From Octopus vulgaris (taxonomy: Eukaryota), in the NCBI GenBank assembly GCA_951406725.2, contig OX597833.1, forward strand, positions 47,058,001 to 47,122,000: a stretch of DNA of 64,000 nt, given 5' to 3'. Positions 61,630 to 64,000 of the stretch are shown here, one piece after another. The stretch's first letter is position 1. The number at the start of each line of letters is the position of its first letter. The position numbers were made by a program, and so were the translations under genes. The notes below the pieces were generated by a model. The model had not been told where the DNA came from. It made no database searches and was given only the letters and a program-made list of their open reading frames with translations.

Positions 61630-61880
61630 TCTCTCTCTATCTGCTCAGTCGAAGTCGACTCTCGGTCACTCGTTGGATCAGTGTCCTCCAGTCAGTTCTA
61701 TCCTGGGCCGCTTCTTTCAGATTGGCTATGTCCATTCTGGTATCACTCTTGATGGTGTTAAGCCAGCGGGTTCTTGGTCGGCCTCCTAGTCAGCGTGGCT
61801 TAGTCAGATTGGCTATGTCCATTCCGGTATCACTCTTGATGGTGTCAAGCCAGTGGGTTCTTGGTCGGCCTCTTAGTCAG
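61630..61880 (-). mobile_element. RTE/BovB-like LINE 3' end with a ~70-bp internal duplication
   Basis: Minus frame GRPRTRWLNTIKSDTRMDIANLKEAAQDRTDWRTLIQRVTESRLRLS. Confidence 0.82.
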
Positions 61881-62714
61881 CTATAATCTTAAATTTTCTG
61901 ACAGGATTAATAGACTCAAATAAAGTTCATTCTAATTACTAACTTTAGGTCACCTTCAATCTTCATTTCTGTCATAGAGGTCTGGTTGAGGGACCCCGCT
62001 AATCTCTGCCTAGTTTCTACAGTCTTAACTACAGAGTAGTGGACATTTACAAACAGGCTGAAGTCAGACTGTGGTAGAACAGTAGCTAACTTGCATTGTC
62101 AGCAGTTAGCAAGGTTGCATGCATAGGCAATGGCCAAGTATTTTATTCATCTGCCCACTTTATCATCATTGTCATCATCATCATTTAATGTCCATCTTCC
62201 ATGCTGGCGAGCCAGAGGACTGCACCAGGATCCTATTTCTTTATTACCAACAAGGGGCTAAACACAGAGGGGACAGACATAGGTATTAAGTCGATTACAT
62301 CGACCCCAGTGCATAACTGGTACTTAATTTATCGACCCCGAAAGGATGAAAGGCAAAGTCGACCTCGGCGGAATTTGAACTCACAACGTAACAGCAGATG
62401 AAATACCGTTAAGCATTTCACCCGGCATGCTAAAGATTCTGCCAGCTCGCCGCCAGACAGGATCCACAGTCTGTTTTGGCATGGGTTTTACAGCTGAATG
62501 CCCTTCCTAATGCTAACCATTTTACAGAGTGGACTGGGTGCTTTTTACGTGGCACCAGCAATGGTGAGGTTTGTTTTGGTATGATTTTCACAGCTGGATG
62601 TCCTTCCAGTTCATCATCATCATCATCATCATCATCATTTAATGTCTCGCTGTACAGCCAGCCAATGTCTTGACAATGAGTTTGGTAGATGGAAACTTTG
62701 GAAGCTCATAAATA

Positions 62715-62927
62715 TGAGGGATGTGCTGAAAAGTTCTGGTATTAAGGGTATTGGGAAATACCTGATCGGAGGCCCAACCTTCTGAGTTCTTTTTACAGGG
62801 CTTAAGAAAACTGAAGGACCACTGCTATAAGTGTGTGAATTTGAGAGGGGAATATGTTGAATAAAATCATAATTAACTGATCTTGTATTTTCTTTTACCC
62901 AAAGCCAGAAACTTTTCAGCACCCCCT
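62715..62927 (+). mobile_element. Mariner-derived MITE (second copy at about 22338-22543)
   Basis: TIRs GGG..GTGCTGAAAAGTT / AACTTTTCAGCACCCCC; the interior retains a transposase C-terminal remnant (..KCVNLRGEYVE*). Confidence 0.75.
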
Positions 62928-63296
62928 TGTGTGTGTGTGTGTGTGTGTGAATCTTTGTGTTTTTGTTATCCCCTGTCACTACTTGACAACAGGTGTTGAT
63001 TTGTTTATATCCCTGTAACCTAGCAGTTCAGCAAAAGAAACTGATAGAAAAAGTACCAGGCTCAAAAAATGCACAGGGTTTGATTTGTTTAACCAAACCC
63101 TTCAAGGCAGTGCCCCAGCATGGCCACAGTGCATTGACTAAAACAACTGAATGATGAAAGATAAAAGATATCCCTTTAAGCTATATCACCTTTGTTTTTG
63201 CTTTTTCAAAGAAATATTTTTTTACAAATAAATATTAAATTTCACTTCTATTTTTTGTGTTATTTATTGCTTCTTTTTCTTCCCATTATTTTTCAG

Positions 63297-63417
63297 TCCT
63301 GAATCTCAGGGAGTTATCATTGGTACTGTGTTTCTGATAATCATGTTTTTGTTCATTCCTGTACTATTCTACAACTATCTGACAAAAACAGCAGATAATG
63401 AATTTCCTCACAGCAAA
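63297..63417 (+). CDS. DPAGT1: DPAGT1 coding exon 2; gene continues beyond the window
   Basis: ttattttttcag|T CCT GAA TCT CAG GGA GTT...: (I)PESQGVIIGTVFLIIMFLFIPVLFYNYLTKTADNEFPHSK|gtaagt. Contains the diagnostic IPESQGVI.G..FLI..F.FIP...FPH motif. 121 nt, phase-compatible with exon 1. Confidence 0.95.
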
Positions 63418-63544
63418 GTAAGTCCTTTCATATAGTCCAGCAATTTTCCATTTTTATATGTGTGTGTGTGTGTTTGGAACATTCCCATAATCCTTAATAA
63501 GTCTCTGAATTAATATTGCAGTCTTTAACCCTTTAGCATTTCTT

Positions 63545-63872
63545 TAAAAAAAGACTCCGCCGGTTACAACGACGAGGGTCCCAGCTGATACGATCAACGG
63601 AACAGCTTGCTCGTGAAATTAACGTGCAAATGGCTGAGCATTCCACAGACACGTGTACCCTTAACGTAGTTCTCGGGGATAATCAGCGTGACACAGAGAG
63701 TGACAAGGCTGACCCTTTGAAGTACAAGTACAACTCATTTTTGCCAGCTGAGTGGACTGGAGCAACGTGAAATAAAGTGTCTTGCTCAAGGACACAACGC
63801 ATCGCCGGGAATCGAACTCACAACCTTACGATCATGAGCCGAATGCCCTAACCACTAAGCCACGTGCCCTCA
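63545..63872 (-). mobile_element. tRNA-derived SINE (related copies at about 14303-14540, 16037-16290, 26145-26440)
   Basis: Reverse strand reads GGCACGTGGCTTAGTGGTTAGGGC...GAGTTCGATTCCCGG. Confidence 0.8.
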
Positions 63873-64000
63873 CCCTTTAGCATTTAATCCGGCTATGTCC
63901 AGCCGGATTATTGGTAAATTTACTGCTGTCAATTCCTCATGAAGAAAGTTCACCGTGAGGAAAGTTTACCAAGGAAATATATCCATAGTCTCTTACCATT

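Overview
AT-rich, microsatellite- and transposon-dense animal genomic DNA; the SINE/LINE repertoire looks octopod (cephalopod), which is an inference from the repeats. Almost all ORFs in the supplied track are microsatellite or repeat artefacts, and the real genes are split into short exons the track misses. Reading splice sites by eye gives three genes. (1) A complete 5-exon NEDD8 gene on + (32853-47698, 81 aa, three micro-exons). (2) The first two coding exons of DPAGT1/ALG7 on + (58177-58337, 63297-63417), running off the right edge. (3) An unannotated minus-strand multi-exon gene (about 24381 down to about 1971, probably continuing left) whose spliced peptide resembles the degenerate GHKL N-terminus of Topo VIB / meiotic TOPOVIBL; this call is tentative. 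One exon of gene 3 has been copied, with both splice sites, in inverted orientation into its own downstream intron, which predicts a ~308-bp pre-mRNA duplex. The rest is tRNA-derived SINEs, RTE and CR1 LINE 3' ends, a decayed Penelope element, Penelope-type minimal hammerhead motifs, mariner, hAT and piggyBac-like MITEs, non-autonomous Helitrons, foldback palindromes and local duplications. All homology calls come from remembered family motifs, not database searches, and repeat boundaries are approximate.
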